From the NCBI GenBank assembly GCA_964016885.1, contig OZ024743.1, positions 215,884,001 to 215,948,000 on the forward strand: a stretch of DNA of 64,000 bases. Reading direction: 5' to 3'. The position numbers and the translations under genes were made by a program. Of the stretch, positions 1-16,721 are shown piece after piece. This DNA is from Eledone cirrhosa (taxonomy: Eukaryota). Positions within the stretch are counted from its first letter, which is position 1. Every line of letters begins with the position of its first letter. Under the pieces are notes generated by a model. The model saw only the letters and a program-made list of their open reading frames with translations, had not been told where the DNA came from and did no database searches.

Positions 1-249
1 TACAACTTCACCTGCTTTAGCTCAATGATGCCGCAAGTCAAGTCTCTGAAATATATTTGAATCTAAATACATCAACACCGAAATCATTTCAATATTCATA
101 ATTTAAACTATTCTTACCGAGAGAATGAATCCTCCAGCATAACTGCTTATAAAAACATATATTACACTCAAGCAAGCCACCTACCAGTTATCCACCAACA
201 AATACGGGTATTTCACGAGCTGTCTACTGATAAGAATCTACCTTTCCAG

Positions 250-590
250 GCGTTGTTTTTAGGGAGATGCCTAGCATATTCTAGCGGGCTTGTCAGAATC
301 AACGATCTCCAGTTCAACCTTTTGGATCTCCAAGAGAGCCCAGCGGAGCTGATGGGAAATATCCTACCGTCCCACTCAGACTCAGCCCCTTGGAATCCCG
401 TTGGTTGCTTTTGCCTGTAAAATCTGTCCTGCGATTCTTTCCTTGGACATTCTAACCGCATGCCGTATTAGAGCTGTGATATCTCAATATGGAGAAGTAA
501 CGTCTCAAAGCGAAGCAACAGTTAGTTTTCCGAGTTAAGCATTATATCGAGTAATGTTACTCCGATGACCTTTCTGAGGAACTCCATTTG
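250..590 (-). mobile_element. Decayed 3' end of an RTE-clade LINE
   Basis: Hand translation of the minus strand, across stops and a frameshift, gives QMEFLRKVIGVTLLD...LLLHIEISQL*YG / HAVRMSKERIAGQILQAKATNGIPRG. This resembles the RTE C-terminal pattern EMxFLRxIxG...WYGHVxRM...RPRGRP. Confidence 0.7.
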
Positions 591-2350
591 GTAGTGTTGC
601 TCTGCTAGAAAATGTTTTGCAGGGGTGGTGTATAGGAATACGGAAACCAGGCATGATGTTTTATTGTGATAATAACGGCTTCTTGCCAAACGAATAAGCG
701 ACCCCTACGAATGGGAAGGATTAACGTGGAACACTATCATTTCCCATGACTCCTGTCAAAATCCACTCATGTACCAATGACGAAGAAAGTGAAAGCCACC
801 TCCAAACAAATCTAAAATTCGCAGGTCTTAGAAAAACACCAAATTGGTTACTGACGCAAATATAACCACACAAACGATTACACTTCAGCATGGCCAAAAT
901 CAATAAGGACACTCATGATGCATCGTCATGCGCGTAGGATATCAAGGCACACATTGAGGTCTTAGGCTGAGGGGCCTGTCAAAAATTCCTCAAAACACTG
1001 GTGATGAGCCTTTAGTCTGTCCTGTGATGCATGCCATGGGCGCACAACTGTGATGTATTCCAATACCCCAAAGGAAATCTCGAATGGAGCAAACCGATTT
1101 TGTTTGCCATTTTCTTTGCTTTCTCATGCACTTCTAACAGCATATATAACAATTTAATTGTTCCACCTTATGGGCTGTGATCATGTAGAGGCGTAATACA
1201 ATGTAAAAATTACGTATATTTCTATTGTAAATATATGTCTATAATCCACCGGCTACATCCTAATATTTACTATTAATGTAAACTCAAATATTTAGATATG
1301 TAATTCACAAGTTCATGATAAGTGACGTATTAACTTTAGTGATGTTAATTTTAAGTGATTTGTTTCTCACTCCCGATGTGTTATAGTGTACGATTCAATT
1401 TTAAAGAAATAGTCTTCTTTGCTATCAACCATTTATATTTATTGAAAATTGAGTTTGAACAATTTGAATATTTTGTTGGCGAATGGAATTAAATAATTCA
1501 TTTATTACATGTCGCTTTAGGTTTTGCAAAAAATAGTTTTAGAATCATTATATATATTTAATGATTTATTTGTTATATTTAAACAACAAGGAACACACTT
1601 CATACTTCTAAATATCTTTGAAAGCGTAATGCAAAAGATTAATCATGGAGTAATTAAAGCATTTTCGAAGTTTAATAATAAATTGTATTAGCTTGCAAAG
1701 AGGATTTTGAATGTTAAAAGAAATTATGTTTTCTTTATTGATGGCTTGCTAAATATAAATTATAAATCGTACACAGAACCAACATTTATTAAGATCATAT
1801 ATATTCTCAGAATTTAAATTGATTTATGGCACTATGTTTTAACGTTCAAACATCCTCTATAAATGGGGGTGAAAAAACTTCAGGAACCCTGTCTGAGTAT
1901 TGCAACTTATTAACAGATCCCGATTCGATTTCAGCTTTGACAAGGCAAAACCGCATATGGTCCTTTGCGATGAACAGTAGCCGAGTAACTAGGAGTGTAA
2001 CGTGCCGTTTCCGCTACGAAAAGCCTACAGCATCGAGATTAACATATTAGCTATGCAACAATGGACAGGGTCAATCGTCAGCAAGGGTGTGGTGCGCACT
2101 CAAGAGAACAATTAAATTAGAATCCATAACTTACAGTAAAGATGTAAAAATGGTCAAATATAAAACAAAGGTGAATTTATTATCTAAACTAATAGAATCA
2201 AATATATGTGACATTGCACACAATGTGAGAATTCCTGATTCGTGTAGTTTTATCGATCAGCTATAATAATGTGTAAGATGGACCTGGCTATGTACCAACT
2301 CCATCAATAAAAGCGCCCCACCATCTTCCTTAGGCCAGAAACAACTGACA

Positions 2351-2539
2351 GGTGGATTGGCAGTATTGGTAGAGAGTCGGACGCAATGCTTTGAAGCATA
2401 GAGTTACGTCCCTTTATGATCCGAGTTCAAATCCCGCCAAGGTTAACTTTGCCTTCCATCCATACGGGGTCGTTAATATAAAGTACCAGTAATGTACTGG
2501 AAAAACTGCTGGCCTTGTGTCAAAAGTAGAAACAATTAT
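2351..2539 (+). mobile_element. tRNA-derived SINE (cephalopod-type)
   Basis: A box TGGCAGTATTGG and B box GAGTTCAAATCC. The body matches the two minus-strand copies at 6291-6483 and 6500-6675. Confidence 0.85.
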
Positions 2540-5500
2540 CTCTCTCTATTGTGGGTGTGGCAAGATTGGTCGTGCGGTGGACGTGATTGAAATTGCTGAA
2601 TGCTGACACTTCCATCTTCGTCCAAGCCCACATCAACTTTATCGAGGTCAAAATGGAAAGGAAAATAAAGGTGGTGAAGGAAGTGCTGATACTTTCAGTA
2701 TATCTGTTTAACTGTGGAAGAATATAGCGAAGATAGTCCGAGTGAATCGTCCCATTCTGAAAATGCCGCTGCAGTCGGAAGTGTTGAGAGAGGGGATGCA
2801 CTTTTTAGTGTGCTCTTGGCAATTAGAGTGTTTCGGAATCTATGTGAAACCTAAATTACCCCTTTGTCATGCTCCCCTCAGTTGGGAGCTTATATTGTGT
2901 ATACCTGTTACCTCTGTGAGCATGATGTTATATTATATAATATGTAAATTCCCAGTCATTCTTCATTGTACTGTCCTTTTTATGTTGGCATTACTGGCGA
3001 ATAGTGAAGTAAAATTATTATCATCGTTGTTGGCGTTGGTTTGTTTTTGTTGTGGGTAAATGTGTTGTATTTCTTCCTACTTGATTTAAATCTCACGAAT
3101 TGTAATATCATTTTCCATCATTCCGTTGCCGAGAAAGGTAACTAACCAGTCAAGAACAAGTTTGATATAATCAACCATCCCCCAATCAAAACGATTGCAC
3201 TTTTTCTTATAATAGAAATCATTGTTACCATTACTCCTATGTCCTCTCTACTACCATGTATCATGAACAACACGACGATCCTTATGATCGTCTTCATCAT
3301 GTTTTAGACAAGGAAGATGATCGTTATTGCCGTCACCATTATAATTCTCGTTGACATAATTAATAAATATATTACTTTAAATTAGTTATTTCTTGTAGGA
3401 ATATGGAGGCTGAACAATAAAACCTTAATGCTTCTATATAATAATAACATCCTATATTTCTTTTCAGAGACAGTTAAATAATAATTATTTTCTTATTTGA
3501 TTTAGCAATCTTAATTATTTCTACATATCGAATTTCATCCTTTGGGTTACGTTAGTTAATTTGCAATTAATCAGGCAATATCCTTCAATTTTATTAAAAT
3601 TATGAATAAAATATATTATGAGGCAGTTTGTAAAAGAAATATGCAATAAAACTGCTAAGCATTAATGCAGAATTTTAGGTTAATTATATTGAATGCTAAG
3701 TTCAGTCAATTAATATGAACTTATAATTAATTAGGATATCAGCTATATGAAGTGGAGCTACACAGTGACAATAATGTGTACGTATATATATAACATAAAT
3801 ACGTAGCTAGTCTTTCCATAGCGTTATCTATGTCTGTGGATGTATGTATATTTGCACTGAGTGAACACCTTCTAGGTGCAAAACTCGTGGTTATTCCTGA
3901 CTGTAGAGAGAGATATATCTATTCATACTGCCGGCTTTTGTGTATGCCACCGCGAAAAGAATGAAATAGAATGAACACTACCCTATGGAGAACCAATATT
4001 CTATAATTATTAGTGAAATACGTGGTATCTATTTTTTTCTACCCCAATCTGTACTTTATTATTGCGTTAATATAGAGACATATATATTCATATACACGTA
4101 TTAACGTTATGTGTGAAAGACTGTAGATTTATAATCATGGAATCGATATATTTGTCTGACTATATCGAAACATAAATTCTGGTTTTGATGTAAGTTATAT
4201 GACTTCAGCATTAAAACAGAATTTTTATGAGATAAATATTACGAATAATATTTCAAATTGTACCTATATCATATAACTTATACCAAGAAACCACCATTTT
4301 GAAAGGCAATAGTTCGCACAGTGATAGAAGATAACGAACTTTACAGAAACTAATTGATTGTAAATGACATTGTTTAACCGACCGGGAATTAACTAATCTT
4401 ACAATTGACACAAATTGTCAAGAATGAAAATTTACACCAACTGTCCATTATTGCGTCAATATATTAATACAGTAAAACACCAATTTGTTATCACAATCAT
4501 AACATTATACAAATATTACCATTTTGCTAATGATGTACATTGCCTCAGGCCACCCATCATCAAGCAGAATGATTATTAAAGGCCACAACAGACCTATATT
4601 TTTATAGGTATATCATAAATAGAACAATATTTTCAAGCATGGCTTTTCAATTTTAAGTTGCTTGGGGATGGTGAAGGAAATTTGGCAGCTTTATCACAGA
4701 CAATCATCTACGTATTGTCTGGTTTGATTTGACGGTAGTTACCTGATATAAATATTTTACACTGACATCATATATAATATAAATGTCTATAACATTGTAC
4801 ATCATTTACTAGCGTGTGTTTGTCCTTACTTAAGGAAGAAACACATTCTTATTGTATAACTGATTTCTACAACGTTATAATTGTATCCACAAACAGATTT
4901 CAACTCACACATAGAGCTTGTTATACGTACTCATATTTCAGCTTGATATAACAGAGGTGCAGTCATACCCATATGAGTTAGAAACTCTCATCGCAAATAT
5001 CAGTTTTCTACTACAATTTCACTGCACGTCAACTTAAATAATTATATTATTATAATCTAACAATGTATGAAATTAGATAGAATGAAATAGTGTAGAATGT
5101 CATCTATGATACCTTTGATGTTTGGTCTAGTCATCGTAATGATTACACATATCAGAACATAAATTCTAACACGGATGATTACAATGTAGTCCAGTCTTTT
5201 GGGAGAATTGAGAGGAGGTGCCATTTCTGAAGACAACCCATTTCCGTTCTAGATCCAGTAATAAAGGACTTGAAAAAAGCATGTGCATTCTCAGTTCACC
5301 CTCCTCATACTCAATACGTTATTATGCAGGAAAGCAACGCATTGACAACTATATCTAAATAAAATTAGATATGCTCTCATAAATGTTGTCTTCACGCAAG
5401 TGTATACATAGCTTTCACCTTCAATATCTCTCAAAACTATTGAGAAGTACAACGACGATCACAGTTTGCATATATGTGTCCTTAAAAAATCTCATGTCAT

Positions 5501-6167
5501 CAATTTGAATGAGGTTTGTTACATTCCTATCCAGTTCTTGTTTAATAGTGGTGTATATCGTTTGCTTCAGTGATTGTTAGATGGGTTACAGTAATTGTTC
5601 TATTTTAAGAGCAGCACAACATTGATTAAAGCAAATCTAAAAAAAAAAAAGCCATTCTATCCATTATAATAAAGGTTGTAATCAGATTCTGAGCTAAGTT
5701 ATATTCGTCAATTCTCCATGGTAAATGAGTCAAAAGAGAACCTAATTACTGCTGCACACATACGTTCACGTTCACGCACACACGCACACACACACACACG
5801 TATATATATATATATATAACACATATACGTATATATAACACATATACATATATAACAGGATCCCAGAGTAGCATTTCAGATCCCACTGTAGTATATTAAT
5901 GGCCAATGCTTTGCTTTCAAAAATACCTGAAGTCAAAGAGTAAGAATTAAAATTTAAAAAATAAATAAAATAATTAAGCAAAGTATTTGGTCAACCAATT
6001 CCCCAGGCAATTAATAGAAACCCAAATATATGATAGTGCAAATAGCTGGAATCAATGGTTGACCATTCTACTAAATTTGAAGCTTAGTGTATTCATTCAT
6101 GCACACATACATGTATAGACAAACACACACAAGCATATATATATATACATATATATACATATATATT

Positions 6168-6288
6168 CATTAGTTAAGCAAAACAAGACCACAAAACTCA
6201 CAAGGAAGACGTTATTTAAAGAGTGTCAACATAGTTGCAGTTTAATGTAAGGAATAAGGAGTGCAATTATAGTTTAATGTAAGGAATA
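6168..6288 (-). repeat. ~120 bp direct repeat (second copy at 7800-7918) flanking a PLE fragment; probable pLTR end
   Basis: CATTAGTTAAGCAAAACAAGACCACAA...GTAAGGAATA occurs at 6168 and 7800. Confidence 0.75.
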
Positions 6289-6290
6289 CT

Positions 6291-6483
6291 AATAATTGTT
6301 TCTACTTTTGGCACAAGGCCAGCGATTATCCCAGTGTATTACTGGTACTTTATTTTATCGACCCCGTAAGGATGAAAGGCAAAGTTAACGTCAGCGGGAT
6401 TTGAACTCAGACAATAAAGGGCCGTAACTATTTGCTGCAAAGCATGGAGTCCGACCCTCTACCGATATTGCCAATCCACCGCC
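6291..6483 (-). mobile_element. tRNA-derived SINE, full length, with probable target-site duplication (TSD)
   Basis: Reverse complement of the 2351 SINE (GGGATTTGAACTC is the B box). AAGGAATA...TAATAAT is present on both sides. Confidence 0.85.
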
Positions 6484-6499
6484 CTAAAGGAATAATAAT

Positions 6500-6675
6500 A
6501 ATAATAATCGTTTCTACTTTTGTCACAAGGTCAGCAATTAACTAGTACATTACTGGTACTTTATTTTATCGACCCCGTAAGGATGAAAGGCACAGTTAAC
6601 CTCGGAGGGATTTGATCTCAGATCATAAAGGGACGTAACTATATGCTTCAAAGCATGGTGTCCGACCCTCTACCG
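6500..6675 (-). mobile_element. Second tandem SINE copy, slightly 5'-truncated
   Basis: Near-repeat of 6291-6465. Confidence 0.85.
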
Positions 6676-6689
6676 GTCCGACCCTCTTT

Positions 6690-7700
6690 CCAGTTCAGAA
6701 TGAGCCGTTGAACTCAATGATGGTCCGCCTAGCCATAAGTATGATGTCAATCTTGTTATTAGTTATGTCAGAGTTGGTGCTAGCTAGGTTTAATGCTTTG
6801 TTAAGCAGTGCCGGGGCTTTTGAAGCGTAGTAGCTGTCAATGTCAAATTGGAGAAACTTCATCGTTTCCTTGGACTTTAGATCTGAGAACCATCTAATGA
6901 CTTGGCCGGTGTTGGAACACAGCTTGTAGGTGATACGATCTCGCAGCCCAGGGATGATCCTATCGAGAATGTTCTTGCTGATACGATCCAAGTCAGATGT
7001 GATTGGGCTTATAAGCCTAATAGATGGGTTCTCAATAAAGTTTGGCTTGTGATCCTTGAGAGAACCTAGGAGTTGTAGGTACATAAGAGCCTGGGCTTTT
7101 CGGTTAAGTAAGTTTACACTGGAGGGTATAGTTTATTTAGCGGTTTTATTGAGCTCCTTAAGAAGGAAAGAGTTGTAAATTTCAGGAGGCATGGCGTATA
7201 GATTTTTCATTTTGTCAGACATAACATGTATGAGGTGGCTATCTTTAAATTTGTTGATTGTTGCTAATTTTGTGAAGAAATTATTCTTATGTCGATAATG
7301 CTTGTTGAATTTAATGCTCCTGACGAGGTTATATAAATCTTTCTCAAAAGGGTCCAGCAGGATGTTGTGTGGAGCGTTCCTGCAGGTGGTACATCCATAT
7401 CTATTGGCAATACTTCCAGCGTCAGCAGCACCCACTCTGTCGAAGTGGAAAGCCTTCCATCCTACTCTCCGGATGAATATGTTGACACTCTGTATTAGGA
7501 GTTTGAAGTAGGTCTACCTGTCCGGGATACGAATGGATTTCAGTGATATCCTGAGTTCCTGTCTGCTCAACATGGTGACTTCTAACTGTTAATAGCACAA
7601 CTACGGGAGCTCCAGTATACAGAGTTCTAGAGTAAACCAATCATAAAGAGAGAGATGGACACAGGAGAGGCAAAGTGAGATCGGTGAAGTTGTTAGAAGC
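6690..7700 (-). pseudogene. PLE reverse transcriptase N-terminal fragment (Hydra-like group)
   Basis: ORFs 7133-7435 and 6695-7084 contain FEKDLYNLVRSIKF, SDKMKNLY, LKDHKPNF..PSIRLISP and FLQFDIDSYY. The element is frameshifted and ends before the YxDD motif. Confidence 0.8.
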
Positions 7701-7799
7701 CAAAAGCGTAGAGGCATGTGCTCAATGTGCAATATGCAGTGGAAGGCAGCTAGAGGGCTGGGTTCATGCAGAGATTAGGTACACAGAGCTGGAAATAGT

Positions 7800-7918
7800 C
7801 ATTAGTTAAGCAAAACAAGACCACAACATTCACAAGGAAGACGTTAATTAAAGAGTGTCAACAGTTGCAGTTTCATGTAAGTAATAAGGAGTGTAATTAT
7901 AGTTTAATGTAAGGAATA
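7800..7918 (-). repeat. Second copy of the 120 bp repeat
   Basis: Direct repeat of 6168-6288. Confidence 0.75.
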
Positions 7919-8042
7919 ATAATAATAATAATAATGTCCGTTTACAATTGTTTCGCTACTCCATATAATGTTTCTGGATCAATTGATTATAGATCATTAT
8001 TGATCTGGTTCAGATGAAAATAAGTAACTTAGGTATATATAC

Positions 8043-8093
<51 letters not shown>

Positions 8094-8221
8094 AAAGTTC
8101 TATTTAAAATTGTTGGGATACAACAAGTAAATATTTGTATAACTGATTTAAAGCACTCGACAAGTATATGGAGTAGATATACAATATTAATAAATGGAAA
8201 CTATAATTATAAAACCATATT

Positions 8222-8287
8222 TATTTCATTATACATATTTCAAGGATACCAAATTAAATTATGGAATGCCTTCATCAGACAAAATAC
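8222..8287 (-). ncRNA. Hammerhead motif, family A (PLE pLTR)
   Basis: Reverse complement reads CTGATGA-aggcattccataatttaatttggtatcctt-GAAA-tatg-TA. Stem I is weak. Confidence 0.65.
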
Positions 8288-8879
8288 AATATATAACAGT
8301 TTTACAAATAAACTTTGACGTACCCTATTAAAATGCAACCATTGTTTTTGGAAGTCATCCGGATATTGATTTGTTTATATTACTTTAATAATTCATAGTG
8401 TTAAGGACAATTAGAAAAAGACGGAGAGAAAGAAAAGACGTGGAGAAATATCGGAGAGAATGAGATGCATGGAGAAAAAAAGAAAGAGATAAGTAAAAAC
8501 AGGAGGAAAGGAAGAAAGAAGAAAAAAGGAAGAAATAAGAAAAACAGAGGAAAGCAACAGCGAGATATTAAGTCAACAGACAGATAGAAAACCTCAAGAG
8601 AGAGAAATGTTATATATAGAGAGAGGGAGATTATGAAAACTTTACGTCATGTCATGTTAAGTTGAGTTAACAATTCATATGAAATGAATAATAAAAATAT
8701 AAATATTAATATTCATGAATGGGACATAGATATATAATATGAGAAATTAAACATTGTTTAATAATGACTATATGTTTAGTTTAAACCTTGAGATCAATAT
8801 ACCAAAATTTTGGTTTAATCTCCAAAATGTACACATTGCTATAGAAGTCGGTATCTCAGGCAAAGACACACAATATATA

Positions 8880-8943
<64 letters not shown>

Positions 8944-9871
8944 GCACGTCCTGAAAATAGAAATTATATTTACTCAAGTCAACAATATAGACATATAAAG
9001 CGCAGACGATTTCTCTTAATCACTGCTATACATTCCTTGTGTTATAAAAAGTTCACAGTATATATACACATAAATATATACGATTAAGATTCATGACTTC
9101 ATATATATGATTACCATTCATGCATTTAATATTTCTGCAATCCACACTGCGTGGTTATGCAACATAACTTTTACCCAAACATATACATACACACACATAT
9201 ATACATATACACCTATATATGTATAAATAAATATCTGCGTGCGTCATCAGGCATCGCTCATGTATACATACATACATATATACAATAAAAAAAAACCTAT
9301 AACACTTTTATATGCATGTTAATACACACATATACTTTTGTATAGAGATAATCAAATATCAATATATTACTAAGGATTATACTTTGGAAATATAATTATA
9401 CCAATATAAATTTAAAATACCAAAGGATTATATTTTGGAAATACAACAATATCAATATAGTTATAAGGACAAACGAATTCTAGAAATGTCAAAGCATTAA
9501 ATAACTTTAAAACACTATAGAATATCTTAAGTTAAAATAATATGTTTCATATATTTAGTATAGAAAATTATCCTACTGATATTTCAATCAAGATATTGAA
9601 AGGGTAGACTTATGAGAATTATAAGAAGCTATCAGAATCAAAGCAAAACTAATAAAAATAAATAAAAATAAAATAAAATAAAAGTTAAATAAATATTATA
9701 TCAATATAATTTAAAAATTTAAAAATTTAAAGATCTAAAAATTTCAAATTGTCCTTAACACTATGACTTATTAAAGTAATATAAACAAATCAATATCCGG
9801 ATGACTTCCAAAAACAATGGTTGCATTTTAATAGGTTACGTCAAAGCTTAGTTGTAAAATTGTTATATATT

Positions 9872-9937
9872 GTATTTTGTCTGATGAAGGCATACCATAA
9901 TTTAATTTGGTATCCCTGAAATATGTATAATGAAATA
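9872..9937 (+). ncRNA. Hammerhead motif, family A
   Basis: CTGATGA (9881), stem II aggcatacca/tggtatccct, GAAA (9918), tatg, TA. Region 9772-9980 is the inverted copy of ~8180-8385. Confidence 0.7.
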
Positions 9938-9976
9938 AATATGGTTTTATAAATATAGTTTCCATTTATTAATATC

Positions 9977-10037
<61 letters not shown>

Positions 10038-10042
<5 letters not shown>

Positions 10043-10508
10043 ACAGGGAGAAAGAGACGATTATTAGGAAGAAAAATATATTATTTTCCCTTTTTTTTTT
10101 TTTTTTTTTTTTTTTCTGGGTTAGAAAATGATTAAAACGAAACGTGTTTCTTTGTGTGAAGTGTTAAGTTATTAGTTGATTTATTTATTAATTAACAATG
10201 GCATTTATTTATCTATTTATATATTTAATAATTGTCTATTACCGGTTCAGCATTTTTATGCATTATCAAATGATAGTGATATGTATTGGGGTAGAATGGT
10301 GGTGTTGCTCATTAAGTAGAGGTTGGAATTTGTTAATAAAATATGTTTCCTTATTGGTACGATGGATGAAAGTAGCGTTATCTATGAATTTGTAAATGGG
10401 GAAAATTTTAATTTGTTTATGTTTGTTGGGTGCACAATTGGCGATATGTTCACTAAATGCAATATTTCTGTATTCCTGTATTTTGATTTGTGATTTATGG
10501 ACGGTCAT
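10038..10508 (-). mobile_element. 3' fragment of a Neptune-like PLE (GIY-YIG C-terminus + UTR)
   Basis: MTVHKSQI...IFPIYK...KETYFINKFQPLLN aligns with MTVHRQQL...VFPFY...QENMFIQKYRPTLN of ORF 38019-38528. Confidence 0.8.
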
Positions 10509-10531
10509 ATATATATATATATATATATATA

Positions 10532-11125
10532 AAATAAATATGATTTCGCTTCAAGCATAGCTTTACACAATTTGTATAAATATTTCGTATCTCCAAAGAA
10601 ATACACTTTTAGGAAGCCGTAGCTATGCAAACGCCCTCTGATGATCTCCAGCAGAAGCAAGGGTGCCAACCGTCTATGTATTTCAGGGTTAACTGGCCGA
10701 CGTCAGGACGGTCCCGCCCACCGCTTGCGGCTGCTGGACTAGAAGACAGGCGAGAATATATAGTTTTCTCGTCGGTGTAAATGAGGTGATTAATCTCATT
10801 TGCATATGAAGCTGCATAAGTTGGCTCAACTTATAATAAAAAAGAAATAGGATTTCGCTTCAAGCATAGCTTTATACAATTTGTATAAATATTTCGTATC
10901 TCCAAAGAAATACGGTTTTAGGAAGCCGTAGCTATGCAACACCGGACGGCTAACGCCAGCAGTCGCAAGCGGTGGGAGGGCCCGTCCTGACGATGGCTAG
11001 TTAAGCCTGAAATGCATAGACTGTTGTCCCCTTGCTTCTGCTGGACATCACCGGAGGGCGTTAGCCCCCAATGTTTGCATAGCTACGGCTTCCTAAAACC
11101 GTATTTCTTTGTAGATACGAAATAT
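10532..11125. repeat. Non-coding element with a tandem repeat (10541-10632/10851-10940) plus a fold-back arm (~10955-11125 vs ~10580-10738)
   Basis: Direct and inverted matches read from the sequence. Flanked by (AT)n. Confidence 0.75.
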
Positions 11126-11138
11126 ATATATATATATA

Positions 11139-11925
11139 CTGCGGATCGCTATATTTGATTTGCTAAACTGTCTCAACATATTGTCATTACTCTGGGGTAC
11201 TATTCCCATTCGAGTGCTAAAGCTACATACCGAATTTGCATTCGTTAGCTTGGCCGCGAACTAAAGTTTTGTTAATGATGTACTAAAATGTGTATTTTAA
11301 CTCCTAGAATTAACGATTAACTGATTAATTTAATTAGATAATTCTATTGATTGATTAATTGTTTATGTTTGTTTGATGACTTCTGGTAGAGTGCTTAATT
11401 CGAGAATTTCATTCCTTTGTTTCAAATTGGGAATCCACCGCCAAAAAGGGGGTTACCTCCCTTGGAGAAAACCACGTGTCTATAGCGAAATTTACTGCTA
11501 GAACATACCCGCAGAGGCTAAAGAACACAAGACTTGTTGAAGAAGTAAATCCTTTGTTCTGTCGTCAAAGACCATTAACTTACAGTCCCCGGCAAGCGGA
11601 ATTTGTCGATCTTGGATTTGCAGAAACCTAGCGCGGATGTTGTGTGCTGTATGTGATGTATATCGTATGCTATACGATATGCATTATATGTTGCATTCGG
11701 TCTCAGCGTTATGTCCAGGTCAGTCTAAAATCTTTTCCTGAGTCCAACCATTTTCGTTGCTTTGGTAATGCGGCTGGACTGCCGATCGCTAAATTTGATT
11801 TGCTAAGCTGTCTAAACGTATTGTTATTACTCTGGGGTACTATTCCCATTCGAGCGCTGAAGCTAAATACGAATTTGCATTCGTTAGCTTGGCCGCGAAC
11901 TAAACTTCGTTAATGCAGTACTAAA

Positions 11926-11930
<5 letters not shown>
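11139..11930. repeat. Non-coding element bounded by ~150 bp direct repeats (11144-11295/11784-11932)
   Basis: GATCGCTA.ATTTGATTTGCTAA...GTACTAAAATGTGTAT occurs twice. Flanked by (AT)n. Confidence 0.75.
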
Positions 11931-13034
<1,104 letters not shown>

Positions 13035-14889
13035 AACTTTGAATAACTTTGAAATGTTTTGGCCAGTATTGGCCCAGGCCATGTCTAACTTAATAGCACC
13101 ACCTGGCGAAGTCTTTCAATTCAGGATTTGGGCACCATGGCCCATTCGAGAAGAGAATTACTGTTTGCGGAGACATATCGGGGTGTGGGTGGTTTGTCCG
13201 GGATTACTTGGAGGAATTTGTCCAAAGACTTCTTGAATTTTGTGTGGTCAGTTTCTGTTTTGACGTGTCCTGGTGTGATGTTGAAGAGAGCAGGGCCGAT
13301 TGAGGTGAAATAATTGTGCCGTATTGTTGTTATGAATTGCGATTTAGATTTTTGAATGGGACGGATAGCACGGGGCCCAAGCCTTGGGTGTATCTTGAAG
13401 GCGATGCCAACATCATTTGGGCAGTGATGATGGAACATTTTCCACATCATGCAGATAATATAACGCTCACGGCGACGTTGGAGTGAGTAAAGTTTCAGCT
13501 TTTCTAATCGACCCCAGTAGTCAAGGTCTGACATGCCATCTATCTTTTTCGTGATTGCCCTTTGAGGAGCTTCAAGTTTCATGATACTTTGTTTCGTGTG
13601 GGGAGACCACAGTGGACAACAGTATTCAAGGTGTGGCGGGCAAAAGTAGAGAAGAGAAGGATAATGGTGCGGGAATCTCTCGACTGGAAGGTTCTGAGGA
13701 TCCAGGAACACATTCTGCGGGCCATGTCAACTTTGCTGCTTATATGCGTGGTCCAGCTTATGTTGCTGTCCACGGTTACTCCCAAGTCTCTGATGTTGTT
13801 AGATGCCACGAGAGTTTCCCCGGAGGGAAGGGAGTACGGGAGTTTCAGGGCATCCTCTTTTCCAAAGTGGATCAGTTCGAATTTGTCTTCGTTCAGTAAC
13901 ATGTTGTTCTTTTCTGCCCATTGGGTAACAGCCAGTAGGTCTGACTGAAGGCTTATCCGGTCATCCACGCCATTGATGACCTTTTGGAGCTTGGAATCAT
14001 CAGCGAAAATTTTAATGTTGCTGTGTTTGATGATGTCAGTGATGTCATTAATATAGATGATGAAGAGAAGTGGGCCCAACACAGTGCCTTGTGGGACCCC
14101 ACTACTGACTTTGGCTGGGCTTGATTTGACTCCCTCAACTACAACATGTTGGGTTCTGTTTGACAGGAAGCTCTTGATCCACTGCAGCAGCTTTCCAGTG
14201 ACACCAATATTGGACAGCTTTCTCAGTAGAATGTTATGATCAACCCTGTCAAAGGCCTTGCTGAAATCAAGGTAGATAACATCAGTGTTGGAACCCTCTC
14301 CCAAGGCTCTCAAAATGTCATCAAAGTGATGCAGTAGCTGCGTCAGGCAATCCCTTCCATTACGGAATCCATGCTGGTTGGAGTTCAGCATATTGTTACT
14401 CTCAAGGAAGTGGGTCATTCGCGATCTCACCACTCGCTCAAATACCTTAATGATATGAGAGGTGAGTGAGATTGGACGGTAATTCACGGCAGGGGATTTG
14501 TTTCCCTTTTTGAAAACTGGGACAACAGACTGGGATAGAAGGTTTTCTGGCACATATCCAGCATCCAGTGAGTTCCGCCACAGATTGGCAAGAGGAGATG
14601 CAAGTTGGTGTTGACACGCCTTCAAGACACAAGCAGGGAACCTATCGGGACCTACTGCTGAATTATGCTTGATTTCCTTTATTGCCGCCAAGACATCAGG
14701 GGCGCCAAACGTTATGTCCGATAAGGTGTAATGGGGAGTAACATCGCCGATACAGCCCAGATCGGCCATATCAGGATTGCTGAAAACAGAGCAGTATTGT
14801 TTCTGCAGTATCTCATCCATAGTTTTAGCATTGTCTTGAAGAGTGCCATTTTCATCAATTAGAGGGCCAACAGTAGAGCCAGTAGAGCC

Positions 14890-14890
<1 letters not shown>
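13035..14890 (-). mobile_element. 5'-truncated CR1-type LINE (RT domain, frameshifted, with 3' UTR)
   Basis: ORF 13579-14820 contains [39 protein letters not shown] and FADD. ORF 13121-13711 contains [10 protein letters not shown] and LQRRRER. The tail is a repeated TTCAAAGTTA. Confidence 0.93.

Positions 14891-16721
<1,831 letters not shown>

Noticed and set aside
2351-2440. Possible tRNA gene
   Set aside because: A/B boxes are followed by a SINE body repeated elsewhere in the window, with no complete cloverleaf.
600-6100. Host exons or further old repeats (e.g. ~3120-3225, 4640-4710, 4960-5110)
   Set aside because: The short ORFs have no recognisable domain, and the repeat similarity is too decayed to support by eye.
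10638-10660. CTGATGA as an HHR core
   Set aside because: The inverted copy reads CCGGTGA, and there is no stem II/GAAA partner.
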